DNA of 62,121 bases, filler included, from Stramenopiles sp. TOSAG23-3 (taxonomy: Eukaryota), in assembly GCA_900128585.1 (NCBI GenBank). It is 26 parts of 26 records of this genome, joined end to end, with 100 filler letters (N's around TTAATTAATTAA, not from the genome) between each part and the next. Parts side by side here need not be neighbours in the genome. Positions count along the whole stretch, not along the records: positions 43,131 to 45,420 come from LT644912.1; positions 45,521 to 47,809 come from LT644913.1; positions 47,910 to 50,198 come from LT644914.1; positions 50,299 to 52,584 come from LT644915.1; positions 52,685 to 54,969 come from LT644916.1; positions 55,070 to 57,353 come from LT644917.1; 20 more parts are not named here. One strand, given 5' to 3'. Made by a program: the position numbers and the translations under genes. A model generated the notes under the pieces. That model saw only the letters and a program-made list of their open reading frames with translations. It made no database searches and had not been told where the DNA came from. This document shows, in pieces, positions 43,131-55,627 of the stretch; the stretch's first letter is position 1; every line of letters begins with the position of its first letter.

Positions 43131-44670
43131 CAACAATGTAGACATTCCCGCCCACCATTCCTCTCCCGGACACGTCCAAGACCTTCGCGTCCTGCCTCCA
43201 CCCCGGCACGCTCGCCCCGATCACCTCCGAGTACGGCGCCAGTGCGTTCGCGCCGTCCTCCCCGAACGCGTTGCCGAACACGTTCAGCTCCTTCAGCCCG
43301 AACTCGTCGAACGCCATCGCGGCCTTCTCCATCTTGGTGGCTGGCCCTCGTCCAATCACGTTTACGAGCCCTTTCGCAATAATGCGGCACCCCTCGTCGT
43401 CGATCTCACACTGGCTCAAGTCGAGCGAGTTCAGTTCTCGCATCCCTTGGACGAGCCCAGCAACCATCTCCAGGTCCTTTGCCCCCAAGCGTTTCTCGCA
43501 AAGGCTCCACTTTGCCGCCTTCCGTTCCCACCGAACATCGCGTCGCCATCGGAACGAGCTCAAATATTGCCTTGCGCCCCCCACGGCGTCTCCCAAATCC
43601 CGGGCGCCGACTGGGCCAAAATTGTTCTCTGACATGTCGACCTCCCTTAAGCCCGTCATCTTCCTGATCGACGCGGCCAGGAGCCTGCAGCCCTCGTCGT
43701 CGACGTTGCACCCGCTGAGATCGAGCACATGGATCGACCGGTTGTGGCCGAGCGCGGACGCCAGGGACGTCACCTGGGCCGGCTGGAGCGCAAAGGACAC
43801 GTTCAGGGTATCGACCGTGTTGTTCGTGATCGCCCGCAGGGGGATTCCGGCGCCCATTTCCATCAAAAGCTTCAAGTACCCTTTCAAGGACAACTTTTCC
43901 TTCTTCGTCTCAAAGTACACTTGGGCAACGCGGAACCCGATCGACACGAAGCTTACAATCAGGGACTGGAACAGGACGTCTCCGGCTTCCGGCGTAATGC
44001 CCGAGCAGTTTCCCATGTTCCCAGCGCAGCGAAAGTAAATGTAAAGCTGCAGGATCGTCTGCGGGAGGGATTCCAGGAGGGCCTCGCTCAGCGTGCGCAG
44101 CGCTTCGTACTGGGCCATGAACACGACCAGGCCGCCCGGAAGGTACGAGGAGAAGAGCCGGTAGAAGGGCATCATGAAGTCAAAGAAGAGCGGGGCCAAC
44201 GCAAAGACTGGGCAGACGAAGGTCAGGGCAAGGTAGAGTGCCCACTTCCACTCTCGCTCTTTCGTCAAGTACACCCCCGTCCCGAGCCACGCAACAAGGT
44301 ACGGCAGGGCAATGCAAGTCGCCATGACGGCAAACCACGCGAAGTGGCCGTTGTCGTAGAACGTCACGCAGAGGATGACGTCCGTGTATACGTCGAGAAA
44401 GTAGAGGCCAAGGTTTACAACAGAGTAGGCAAAGTTACCGACCCAAAACATTTTCGGGTGCCTGTCTTGGAAATCCATGACTACCTTCTTGATCTTACTA
44501 CGTTGTCGTTTCACACCTTTCGTTATTCCCTCCGGGGCAACCTTGGCAACCCTGCTTCCTACTGCACCTACGACTGCGCCCCCGACACCGACAGCAAACA
44601 TTGCGTTGTCGGCATTGTTCAGGCCCGCTTCCATTTGCTCAAACCGTTGTTCGAACTTCGAGTCCGCCAT
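43131..44670 (-). CDS. XK-related (Xkr scramblase-like) membrane domain fused to RNI-like LRRs, 3'-partial
   Basis: LYFLDVYTDV..G.F.WF, LRTLSEALLESLPQTILQLYI and SLIVSFVSI (XK motifs), followed by LDLSGCNVDDEG, VDMSENNFGPVG and LDLSQCEIDDEG. Confidence 0.8.
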
Positions 44671-45010
44671 CTTCACTTGTTTCTCTTAAAAATTGAACAA
44701 AGTTTCCTTTTTTTTTCTTCGAAACCAATGTACAACAAATTCTGAATCAAATTCCGATTCAGCGCTTCCGTTTTCTTCAATCAAATTTAAAGTGGAACCA
44801 AAAGCAAAATCAAAACTAAAATGCAACATGCAACATGCAAAATGCAAATGAGTCCCATTTTTTATCTCATTTATCATTCATATTTCTTCATTTTTGTTTT
44901 GTTTTTAATAACGATTTTATGGGTTTCAATGCTATGCAATGTATTATGTAATATTTAGTTAATCATTCTATTAATAGAACCATCGGTTTCATAATTAAAT
45001 ATTGTATTTA

Positions 45011-45255
45011 TATAGGTAAATTAAACAACATAGAATACGATAAATAACAATACAACTACAACTCTTCATGACTTTATCAATTTAATCTTATTATTTGTAG
45101 ATAGGCATTCATTGAACATTAGAATACTAATATGAACACTACAACTACATTTCTTCATGACTTGGTCGTTTTTTTTTTTATTTCCTCATTTTAGATAGGA
45201 ATCAATTTAACCATAGAATACTATTATGAACACTACAATTACAACTTTTCATTTC
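45011..45255. repeat. Degenerate ~90-bp tandem repeat x3
   Basis: atagg...tagaatac...acaa(c/t)taca...ttcat at ~45011, ~45100 and ~45194. Confidence 0.75.
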
Positions 45256-46298
45256 TAACTTTTCCTTTTTTGTTTTCCTTTTTTGTTTTCTTTTTTTGTT
45301 TGCCGTGCAAAATGAACGCTTTCAGGCAATGCAATCTGGCCTTCTCCAGGTGAAACCTGTCATGGCAGAGACAAACGGCTTGTCCAAGATCAGAGCCATT
45401 CGTCAAACTCTGCAATTATCNNNNNNNNNNNNNNNNNNNNNNNNNNNNNNNNNNNNNNNNNNNNTTAATTAATTAANNNNNNNNNNNNNNNNNNNNNNNN
45501 NNNNNNNNNNNNNNNNNNNNAACACAATTAGAAAAACTTCTACTGCTTGCGCGCACCGAACGAACCCCACCTCTTCTTCCTCCTCCTTCTTCTTCTTCTC
45601 TTCTACACATACAAATAATACCACCACAGTTTACAAGGGCCCGAGACATGAAAAAGCACGAAATACTGCGCTGCTACCGTGCTCCCGAGACTTCATACAT
45701 GACAATAGCATCTAGAGGAGAGGAGAAGAGAGAAAAAAATTTAAAAAAGGAGAACTATAACCGAATCATGATGATGAATTATGACTTGAAGTAGAAGCCG
45801 TACTATATTGCTGCGCAGTCTTTCCGTGCAAGCAGTCAAAAATCAAATTGTGTACCAATTTAGTAAAGAGACGGAAGGAGATATACACGTATGAATAAAG
45901 CAAAGTATTTCTTTTGATCTCTTAGTGTTGAAACGACGGTAATAGAAAAAAGAGCATAGAAGAAGGACTGTGCGTGCTTCTGGAACGGCGGACTTGAGGG
46001 CGTACGACTGGGATTGTTCTGCTGCCCGCTGGTCTTTGGCTTTCCGACGAGCGGTTTTGTAGGTGGAATGAAGGGTGCAAACCTTGCCAGGTCAGGAGGG
46101 GAGGGAAAGGCGAACGATGCCTGCGCAAGTGCGCTGGCGAAGAGACCGCAGTCTTTAGGAAGCCGGCGCGGCGGGGACGGCTTCGTCAGGAGAATCGTAA
46201 AGGCCGAACGGCTGGGACGAGCCGTAGGAGCCCGGCCCATGGGGACACCTATGGTGGCGGCTTGGGGGCTGCATCTCTCCAGGAGCGCAAGGTATAGC

Positions 46299-47809
46299 AT
46301 GGCAGTGCAATTGGCAGGGCGGCCTCGTGTGAGATCGAAGACGCCGGCATTTTTTATTTCTTTCGTGCTTCTCCACGCGGTGCTGCAGTGTTTAGGGGAT
46401 TCGTTGGCAGTGATATCAAGCGCTAGAGACCCAACATACCGTACATGTGACCCAGGGGGGGCACAATGCACAGATACAGATGCGTCGTGTTGTATAAATT
46501 CTACATGTTTTAAAAACTTTTCATATTTTGCAAGAGTAGAAGGCCCGTGCGAGTCCCCCGCTTCCAATGCAAGTTCCGAGGAGTGCAGCAGCAGCAGCAA
46601 TACAAACCTCCCAGTGAGTATTCCGGTGATAATTGGTGGATACTGTGGCGGAGTCGGAGTGAATTACGCATCTCATCCCAGCACGGTAGACTCGGCAGAA
46701 GAATGCGTCATGTACTGGCACGGGCAGAATCTGGCTTCAGATTTCAAGTATAAAAGTATTGTAATCAAACCGGCAGGCACAGGCTCAACGACTGCTCCTT
46801 ATAATTGCTGGGGATATGAATCGAGTGCATTAGATTGCCTCCCTAATAGCCCAACGTTTTCAGATGGAAACGTCCTGCATGAGTTACTAATAAAGAAGGA
46901 ACTGGAACCTAGCCGACCACCTGGATGCTATGTTGAAAAAATTGATTGGATGTATACGGCTCTGCGGACAAGTGGAACTGGTGGAATAGTGGAGGAATTA
47001 TCCCCTCCCCAGACAGTTTACCGTCGGACCTTTAACAATGCCTCTTCATCTACGCCTTGTGACGCGACAACGGGGTGTTGGTGCAAATTTCCAAATGCCC
47101 CTTGCGACAATAAAGCTGCGAGCGATGGGTCATCTGATAAAATTAATTGCCACGTTCATGTGTCAACAACCCTATATAACAACTTTGATACGGGGAAGCT
47201 CGAGGAAAAGCGTTTGTGTGTTCAATGCGGGGAAGGAAAATATTACGATTTTGAAGCAAAAATTTCTTTGTTTCCACAACGGTGTCGCAATTGCACGAAA
47301 GGAAAGTACCGGGAAGCCAGCAACGTGTACCCCGAGAACGAGTGCAAAGACTGCACTGCCGGCAAGTACCAGGACTTGGAAGGCCAGACACAGTGCAAAG
47401 ATTGCGCGCCGTGCGGAATAGGCGAAGAAAGGGTTGACTGCGCGGGCGCGGAAGGGAATTTCGGCGTGTGCAAAAACTGCACTGCCGGCAAGTACCAGGA
47501 CTTGGAAAGCCATACACCTTGCAAAAATTGCGCGCCGTGCGGAGTTGGCGAAGTACGCGTTGGCTGCGCGGACGGTAATTCCGGCGAGTGCCGCTGCCTG
47601 CCAAACATGTACACCAACCAATCCGTATGCACAGACTGCCCGCCTGGGAGATTCACGCGCTTTCCGTTGGGTGTACCACAAAACCACCTCAATATTTCAG
47701 ACTGCGTCCCGCCGCCAAGAGTTCTTAATATGACGCCGGAAATCCCTGTGCCCAACAACAGCAACGCCGTATCCTTTTTCGGCAATTTTAACGGGACCGT
47801 CATCAGCTT
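46299..47809 (+). CDS. Secreted/surface Cys-rich protein with TNFR/GCC2-GCC3-like repeats, 3'-partial
   Basis: Hydrophobic leader FFISFVLLHAVLQCLG. C..C..GKYQD....CK.C..C repeats. The start codon is uncertain. Confidence 0.8.
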
Positions 47810-48113
47810 NNNNNNNNNNNNNNNNNNNNNNNNNNNNNNNNNNNNNNNNNNNNTTAATTAATTAANNNNNNNNNNNNNNNNNNNNNNNNNNNNNNNNNNN
47901 NNNNNNNNNGTCAGCAATCTACAATACCAATAAAAAAAAATAGAGAAAAGGGATTTTTGTATGTTTGCTTCGTTTGAACATTTGTAGAAACTAGGGAAGA
48001 AGGTTTACTGCGTTGATAATTGAGAGATATAGAATCAAAGGGAGTGGAGATTTTTTTGAATGGGTTGAAAGTATTAGGGTGTGTTTGGTTTTGTGGGAAG
48101 TAAGTGTAAGAGT

Positions 48114-49088
48114 ATGGAAACGTCAGGTGGGGATGCGAAACGTTCAGCGGCAGCTTTTGTACGTTCCATTCGGAACAACATAGGAAGCTCAAGCGCAAAG
48201 GTAATAGACAAGCATAATATTGATATAGCTGCGGTTCTCGGTTTTACCGGTATAGATTGCAAACGTGCACTGGTCACGTCCATGGCTCACGTGTTGGGAC
48301 AGCAAGTCAAGGACTTTTTGTCCGATGCCAACATAACCGCAGACAACAAACTGCAATTTTTGGAGGATTTTTTCCCAACGTTTGAATCTCTTGCGTCCAA
48401 AGAGGCGAACGGAGAGGATGCCGCACGCATGGACGTGCTGGAGCTGGTCCTAATGAATTCTCAAGACGTTTTGGTACCCGAAAAGTACGTCGATGTTTTG
48501 TTTGGGCGTGGCAAGCTGCCCCCGTACAAACTTTTTACGTACTCCGCCCGGCAGCCGAGCGTTTGGAAACGGCATGTTTCAGACTGCCTTAGTTTGCTCC
48601 CTACTCTCGGGGCGGAGAAAGTGTTTCGTCTTCTGTTGCCGTTCGATCCTTCCTCTCCGGACAGAACGGGAAACGAGTTGGAGGAAATGTACATAAATAA
48701 CCCTTGCCTCAACCTTTACTTGTCTCATGAAATTTACAGCATGTACCTCGTGTCTATGGTCGACGTCGTGGGCGAGCTGTTGAAGATGGTGTACGACAAA
48801 GTGCAGTCCATGTACTTGTCGTTTATGGACGCTGCAGCAGTGGCTGCCCTCCCCGGTTCCCTGTCCAACCATGGCGGGATAGAACTGGACGGCAAGAACA
48901 CCGCAATGATGCAATATTTCACAGAGGAGAGCGCTTTGGAAGCGTTAAAAAAGTACAGCGTCATAAATGTTATTGCCCTTCCCCCACGCCCGAGGGTTCT
49001 CGAGTACTTGAAAGAAATATTTGGGGAGGGGGATGTGGACAAAGAAATACTTGCGATGTTCGAGGGGGAGGAGGTGGACGAGGTGTAA
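48114..49088 (+). CDS. Helical protein, weak resemblance to NELF-B/COBRA1 N-terminal region
   Basis: Clear ORF. KLQFLEDFFP...LVLM...VPEKYV...WKRHV loosely echoes NELF-B; the family call is tentative. Confidence 0.4.
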   Translation: METSGGDAKRSAAAFVRSIRNNIGSSSAKVIDKHNIDIAAVLGFTGIDCKRALVTSMAHVLGQQVKDFLSDANITADNKLQFLEDFFPTFESLASKEANGEDAARMDVLELVLMNSQDVLVPEKYVDVLFGRGKLPPYKLFTYSARQPSVWKRHVSDCLSLLPTLGAEKVFRLLLPFDPSSPDRTGNELEEMYINNPCLNLYLSHEIYSMYLVSMVDVVGELLKMVYDKVQSMYLSFMDAAAVAALPGSLSNHGGIELDGKNTAMMQYFTEESALEALKKYSVINVIALPPRPRVLEYLKEIFGEGDVDKEILAMFEGEEVDEV

Positions 49089-49245
49089 CACAACCATGAT
49101 GATTGTTGCATAAATCTGCTAAGTAAGTTCTTATAAGTACACTCCGTTAAGGGCGTGTGTTGTTGCTTCCTGCGTATTTTTAGAGACGTGGAACAGCCTT
49201 TAATGCCGTACAATAAGTTTAGTCACAAGTACAACACTCTCTTTT

Positions 49246-50004
49246 TTAGTCCTCCCTCAAAAAGTAGGGAGACGTGGCATCGAGCAACCCGACGTCGACC
49301 GTGTGGCCCTTTCCCATCGTCGAGCTCAGCGTAGCCTTTTGGAGGTATTTCCCTTTCGCCCCGTCCGGCTTGGAATCTGCAATATCCATCATCAGCGCTC
49401 GCAGGTTTTCCAAAATCGCTTCGTCCGAGAAGCTGACTTTGCCGACGCCGACTTGGAGGTACCCGAATTTATCCACCCTATATTGTACCTGCCCCCTCAA
49501 AGCGGCCGATACCGCGGCCCCAACGTCAGCCGTCACCGTCCCTGTTTTCGGGTTTGGCATGAGCCCCTTCGGACCTAAGATGCGAGCCACGCGCCCGACC
49601 ATTGGCATCATATCTGGCGTAGCGATGCACCGTGTAAAATCAATATTTCCCGAGTTAATCTGGTCCACTAAATCTTGTCCCCCCACGACCGCAGCACCGG
49701 CTTCCGTAGCTTCGTCTACTTTATCCCCCTGCGCAAAGACCGCCACCCGCTCGCTTTTCCCAGTCCCGTGCGGCAGTACCACGGAGCTCCGCAGGTTTTG
49801 ATTCGCTTTCCTTGGGTCCAGCCCAAGGCCCAGCGCTAGCTCAATCGTTTCGTCAAACTTTGCTTTAGCGTTCTCTTTTACGCTACGAATCGCTTCCTGA
49901 ACGGTCAGCCCATCGCCCGAGGAAGGCGGGAGGGTAGAAAACCCCATTCCAGGAACTCGCTGCTGCGTTGCGTACGGTCGAAGGTACGGCAATACTCTGA
50001 ACAT
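49246..50004 (-). CDS. MRPL1: Mitochondrial ribosomal protein uL1m
   Basis: Transit-like leader, then [42 protein letters not shown] and LSSTMG. Confidence 0.93.
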   Translation of the reverse strand: MFRVLPYLRPYATQQRVPGMGFSTLPPSSGDGLTVQEAIRSVKENAKAKFDETIELALGLGLDPRKANQNLRSSVVLPHGTGKSERVAVFAQGDKVDEATEAGAAVVGGQDLVDQINSGNIDFTRCIATPDMMPMVGRVARILGPKGLMPNPKTGTVTADVGAAVSAALRGQVQYRVDKFGYLQVGVGKVSFSDEAILENLRALMMDIADSKPDGAKGKYLQKATLSSTMGKGHTVDVGLLDATSPYFLRED

Positions 50005-50298
50005 GTCTCTCTCTTTGTCTCTGGTCGGTCGTTTTAACACAAAATAATAACAATACGTGCCAACACAACAAAAAAATACTGTGCTTATGAGAAAACCTTC
50101 CTACTTTATCTTCTTCTTCACCCTTCTTCGTTTAATAATGAACCGTTCATGTATTCAAAACAATTCTATCGTAAAAACTGTGTATGTATAGTAAAAAANN
50201 NNNNNNNNNNNNNNNNNNNNNNNNNNNNNNNNNNNNNNNNNNTTAATTAATTAANNNNNNNNNNNNNNNNNNNNNNNNNNNNNNNNNNNNNNNNNNNN

Positions 50299-51197
50299 GC
50301 TACGGCAGCCAACATAAACGGTGTTATGAACCCGGCAAAGGCGGCCGTCATGTTCGTTCCGATCCATTCGGCGCTGTTCGGACCTTTCGTTGCGTAGCCA
50401 AACAGTGGTCCCAGAATCCCCATGAGAAAGGTTATGGCAATGACATAGTCGGAAAATAACATTTTGTGGGTCGTCGCGTCGTCGGGCGTTACTTCAACGT
50501 TCCCCGCCGATTTTTTCTGGAGTTTCACCATCCACCCCATGCCGCCGCCACTGACGACGAGCCCTGTGGCCATGCCCCAAACAATCGTCTGGTCCAAATG
50601 GTACTGCATTGGTATCGGTCCCGCGTAGAAGCCAGCTCCACAGAACAACATAATGCAGAAAGCCACACCGAACCAGTAACCGCCGTCCCCATTGTTGCCC
50701 TTGTCTTTCTTTTTCGTAAATTCTGTTGCATGCCCCAAAAGAATAGACGTTCCGAATTTGTAGGGGCTGTCTGCTTGAAATATAGACACAATGCTCATTG
50801 CAACACAGATCAATCCAAGAAATAAACGGATAATGTTGAACCATGTCTCCTTGGGTAGCTCACTCGCGAAAATAACTTGTTGGCTCACCCAGTCGGCGCA
50901 CGCTACTTCCTTCGGTTCCGTGGTGGGGAGCGTTCCAAATTTTGGGATCGCTTCGTCAAATTCGTAGATTTTTGGGCAAGCCGCGCAAGCCTTCTCCATT
51001 AAGGGGTACGACGCTGCAATTGTTTCCACAAAGATAAGAATGCAGTTTGTCGCCAGATTCAAAGTCCACAGCGACTTTGCCATTGCCCCTGCATTGAACT
51101 TTTCGTTGAATTTGGTTGCCATGTCAGGCTTGAGACCGAACTTTGCGTAGCCCATGGTCCCGAGGAATATTACATAGCCGATGGCCTCTCCGATCAT
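50299..51197 (-). CDS. Multi-pass membrane protein of unknown family, 3'-partial
   Basis: About seven hydrophobic segments. Confidence 0.75.
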
Positions 51198-52053
51198 ATT
51201 GGAGTTAAGTTTCTTGCTTTTTTAATTATACGGGGTACACGAAAATCGTTTGATTTGATTCAGCTTTTTTAAAGTTTTGTCCTCGCTAATCGTTTCCTGC
51301 AATCTGGAGTTTTAAAATGATTTACAGCTGGTCAGGTCGCAAAGACGGTGCACTTCCCGAATGTGCGGTAGAGATAAACCCTGTATTCATTCCACTCGAA
51401 GGGGGCATCATCTCAAAGATGAGATTGTTTGTTCTTCGGGTAGTACCAAGTACCTTTTTTTTTCTCCCCCCCCCCCCCTGTCCCCCCTGTCTCCTTGTGC
51501 AAAAAAATAATTTCTTCCTCTTTTTCATTAACCGTATTATTATTATTTATTATTTTTTTTAATGAATGCTATTGATATGATGAGTGAGTATTTTTATAAT
51601 ATTAATATATAATAAATACGCTCAAAAAAAAAAGAAGGTAAAACCGTTCAAGCAAGAATCGAAACTATTTTCATTAGATTGTTTTAAACAGCGGCTATAT
51701 ATAGAGTATAGAGTAGGACTATTTAAATTGTGTTCTAATACAAATGCCTGGTGGATCTGGATTCTGGATCTGCCTCTAAAACTATTCTGATAGTTATATA
51801 ATAGTCTTCTTGGTTTGTTTTGTTGTGAGTGATGTGTGATGTGTTTATAATGTGGACTTTCTCTGTTCTAGTACCGTACCTATAATACCTGTACCGGTAC
51901 AGGCTAAGAATCTCTACCTACCTATACCGAATACCAGCGGCTCCGATGAGAACATCATGAGAACAAAAAAAATTTTAGATTTTTTTTAATTTAATTAATA
52001 TGATGTCGTTTGTTTATTTCTTCATCAGTCATCATCATATTATATAAGAATTA

Positions 52054-52080
52054 AAACAAGAAAATTGGCTGTTATTTAAG
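52054..52080 (+). repeat. Solo terminal motif of the MITE-like element (copy D)
   Basis: AAACAAGAAAATTGGCTGTTATTTAAG, identical 27/27 to 4454-4480. Confidence 0.8.
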
Positions 52081-52145
52081 AAATTATATTATTTTTTTCT
52101 TTTTCCTTTCTGATCAGTTTCGAAGGGTTCCAAATTCTTACGACT

Positions 52146-52583
52146 CTAATTTTGAATATTAACCGCGGCCATAACACAGTTCTCCTGGCACTGCAAGCAG
52201 TTTTCTTGATCAACGCCGTACTTGGTGCAGTAATGACTCCCCTGCTTACCGTAACCCTTCTTATTCTTATATCGCTTATAATCAATGCAAATTTTCTTCT
52301 TGCACCAGGTCACGTCGCAACGTTTCTCGCATATATCAAGATATTTTTTCTGCAAGGAGAGACGACGTTCTCCTCGGAGCTGTCGGTGTCGCATAAAAGG
52401 GCCTGCCTCTAGCCTACGCTGAAAAAGCTGGCGGGATTCAACGTCGTCATCTTCATCGTCCATTTCGTCCCACCAGCTGCCCATTCCTTGTGAGCCATAC
52501 CCGTTTTTGTGCAAGTTACCACCGAATTGTACCGCAGTACCGTAGGCAGATAATTTGTTTGTTGGAATGTCCGCCGGTGACTT
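52146..52583 (-). CDS. C-terminal fragment of a Cys-rich, probably secreted protein
   Basis: Frame open to the contig end. RRL motifs and a Cys-rich end. Confidence 0.6.
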   Translation of the reverse strand, partial: KSPADIPTNKLSAYGTAVQFGGNLHKNGYGSQGMGSWWDEMDDEDDDVESRQLFQRRLEAGPFMRHRQLRGERRLSLQKKYLDICEKRCDVTWCKKKICIDYKRYKNKKGYGKQGSHYCTKYGVDQENCLQCQENCVMAAVNIQN

Positions 52584-52686
52584 GNNNNNNNNNNNNNNNN
52601 NNNNNNNNNNNNNNNNNNNNNNNNNNNNTTAATTAATTAANNNNNNNNNNNNNNNNNNNNNNNNNNNNNNNNNNNNNNNNNNNNGT

Positions 52687-54969
52687 TGGTTCACTGACAC
52701 GAACGGGTTCAGGGCTGTAAGCGATCGCGTTTCGGGAGCTTCTACCACTGGCAAATGGCCCACTCCTGGAAATGTAGTGCCTGCTTATTGGCTTGTTGCT
52801 TCTACTAGCTATGACGCCCCTAGCGATAGAAAGGTTGCGATAAACTCACGGTGGGTTCGCTTCACGTATAAAAATAGCGTCAAAGATGAAAACCATGCCG
52901 AGGGCGGAGAAGGCTGGGATATCACACTGCAGGCTGTTGGCAGTGGCACAACAACAACTCGGCCGCCTGCAACGACAACATCCGTCGCCGCGACCCCTGG
53001 TTGCACTTGGAAGATCCAATTTCCCGAAAACCTCGATGAACCAAAATCAGTTTTTGAAACGGGGGGCTCTTATGTTTACGTGAGCGCCTTCATTACCTTG
53101 TTGCCGCCTGTCTATACATGCTCCCGCACGCTTCAGTTCAGCTGCTCTTCTACGAACACAAACGAAGTAAGGGTTAGCAAGGTCTTTGAAATAGAGGAAA
53201 GAACGCCGGGGCCCAAAAGCATACCTAGCGCAGGCTCTCCCAAAAAATATAATATTTCATTGTTCGGTGTGAAGGATTACGTGAATGGAGACGGCGAGAA
53301 TAACGTGACAATTAATTGCAGCACAAATTTCCATTCATTCAGTACCTTTTCGGTGAAGAGCGTAGACGTTTTCTTGCCAAAATTTGATTTTGCAAAGCGC
53401 GACGGCGAAACCCTGACCCTTCTGTATGCAGGTAACAAATTTACCATTGTAGCGCCCGAAGCATTGACTGGCCCAACGTTTCTACCGCATACAGAGCAGC
53501 ACGTTTACCTAGGTTCTTACAGGCTGCCAAACAGTTCTATATCAATCGACGAGGACGGGCGACGCCTTATTTTCGACGTGCCTACGCAGGGTTTGTGCAC
53601 AAAACTAGAATGTGACATATCCATCCGGGTGGAAAACCAACGGCCCGGCCGGCGCAAGGAGAGATTGCTGCGCCGGGAGCTGGGAGACGGCGAGGAAGAT
53701 GCTACATACGAGGAGGGAGACGACGACCACAGCGATAGATCCGGATCGAGCATCAACGAAACGGACTCGCAAGAAGAGGACAGCCAAACCAACCCGAGCG
53801 ACCCCAAGCCGATTAGTTTCACAAGAAGAGCCCATTACGTAAAATCCCCGTGTCATGAAGACCCAGTGTGCGAGATTCCAGTTGCAAACCACCACAACTA
53901 CCCCTCGTCACGCTGCCCTGTGGGCTACATGGGTAGTTGTAAACCGTGCCCCGTGGGCGCGAGGTGCCCCGGAGGCAGCATAGTATGGGCTCTTCCAGGA
54001 TTTTCTACAGCAATAGTAGAACAGTTGGACGGGAGCATGGCGGAAGCCATAGTCCCGTGTCCAGTTCCCAAAGAACGCTGCCTTGGCTATACTAAAGAGC
54101 ACGCTGCAGAAACTTGTGCAGTAGGTTACGGGGGTGCTACTTGCGGGGGCTGCACAGACGGCTTCTTTAGCAAACCGGTAGGCCCCCCCACTTGTTTCCC
54201 GTGCCCCAAGGATGTTGTAACATCCTCTTCCATAGTCGCCGCAATTTTGTATTTAGTGGTGATTTTGTTTGGCGTGTTCATGGTAGTGACCATTATGTCC
54301 TACATAATATTGAAGCGAAATGGTGGAACGTTTGCTGGGGGAATGCAGCGTTCGAAAGAGTTCATCATATACGTTTGCATTTCTATTTCACTGCTGTCGC
54401 AGGCTTCCAGGGTAACTTTGGGGAAACTGCCATATTACCTGAACGACCTGGCGTACGCGCTAGCAATTTTTCAAATGGATGTGTCTGGACCTGTGAGCCC
54501 AGACTGTGTAAACACAGAAATGTTTTGGCGGGAAACGCTGCTGTTCTACATTTCGCTGTTTTCCGTTTGTTTTTTTAGCATCACCATCAACAAGAGACTT
54601 CGCCTGAAGTACTGCCGGGGCTGCCGGCGGTCGCTTGACCGGACTCGCCATGGGGTTGCATTCTTGCTGTGTTTTACGTATCCGCTTGTGACTACGTTTG
54701 TCATAAAAATGCAAAACTGCATTCCTGCCATTGATGGCAGCAAAGCAGTTGTGCACGTGTTGTCCGGAAACACGCTGGTAAAATGTTACACCGGGAATCA
54801 TGCGCACCCATACTTGCTCAGTTCTGCAGTTGGCATTTTTCATGTAATTGCATTCCCTGTTGCCAGTACCATTGTCATCATTTATGTCCGCCGAAAGTAT
54901 GTAACGAATTGGTCTAGCGTGGAAGACAACGTTTTTGATGGACGGCCTATATGGAAATTCTTTTTGCAA
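52687..54969 (+). CDS. Large receptor-like protein (Ig/IPT-like and Cys-rich ectodomain + multi-TM), partial at both ends
   Basis: CKPCPVGARCPGG, CAVGYGGATCGGCTDGFF, then several TM helices with YPLV...CYTGNH. Confidence 0.8.
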
Positions 54970-55530
54970 NNNNNNNNNNNNNNNNNNNNNNNNNNNNNNN
55001 NNNNNNNNNNNNNTTAATTAATTAANNNNNNNNNNNNNNNNNNNNNNNNNNNNNNNNNNNNNNNNNNNNTCTTCTTCTTCTTCTTCTTCTTCTTCTTCTT
55101 CCTTCTTCTTCTTCTTCTTCTATTTTTCTTTATATTTATTATTAATTAGCAATTAGCCTTATACTAAATTACTCCTATAATGTACTTGTGGTTTTAATTA
55201 AACTACTTATATATCTATATGTTGTATTATTCATTATTCCATGATGAATGAATGAATGAATGAATGATGATGAGCTCATCATTAATAATTTTTATTATTA
55301 TTTTTTCGCTCGTTTCGTTCGTGTTCTTTCTTTCTTCTTCTTTTTTTTTTAAAACTTCATTCTCTTCTCGCTCGCTCTTCCAATTTATTTTGTTATGGGT
55401 GAATGTTGTTTATTACATGGACTGACCAATTTTAAATGATTATTAGCTGGTTGCGTTTAATGACTTTGTTCAATTAAGCAATACCGTATTTTCGACGTTT
55501 GCACGGTGTGATCGAGACGACGCACGACGA

Positions 55531-55581
55531 CTTGGTTATTCCCCCGGCTTGGTTATCCCCCCGGCTTGGTTACTCCTTCGG
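55531..55581. repeat. 17-bp tandem repeat x3 upstream of a CDS
   Basis: cttggttattcccccgg / cttggttatccccccgg / cttggttactccttcgg. Confidence 0.85.
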
Positions 55582-55627
55582 CTTGCTCGTCCCCACCCAC
55601 CCCTAGAGTGAAGTCCCGTCCAAGTAC

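Noticed and set aside
45308-45420. Short frame NERFQAMQSGL resembling the XK-LRR N-terminus (EQRFEQMEAGL)
   Set aside because: About 11 residues of similarity at a contig end; cannot be distinguished from chance.
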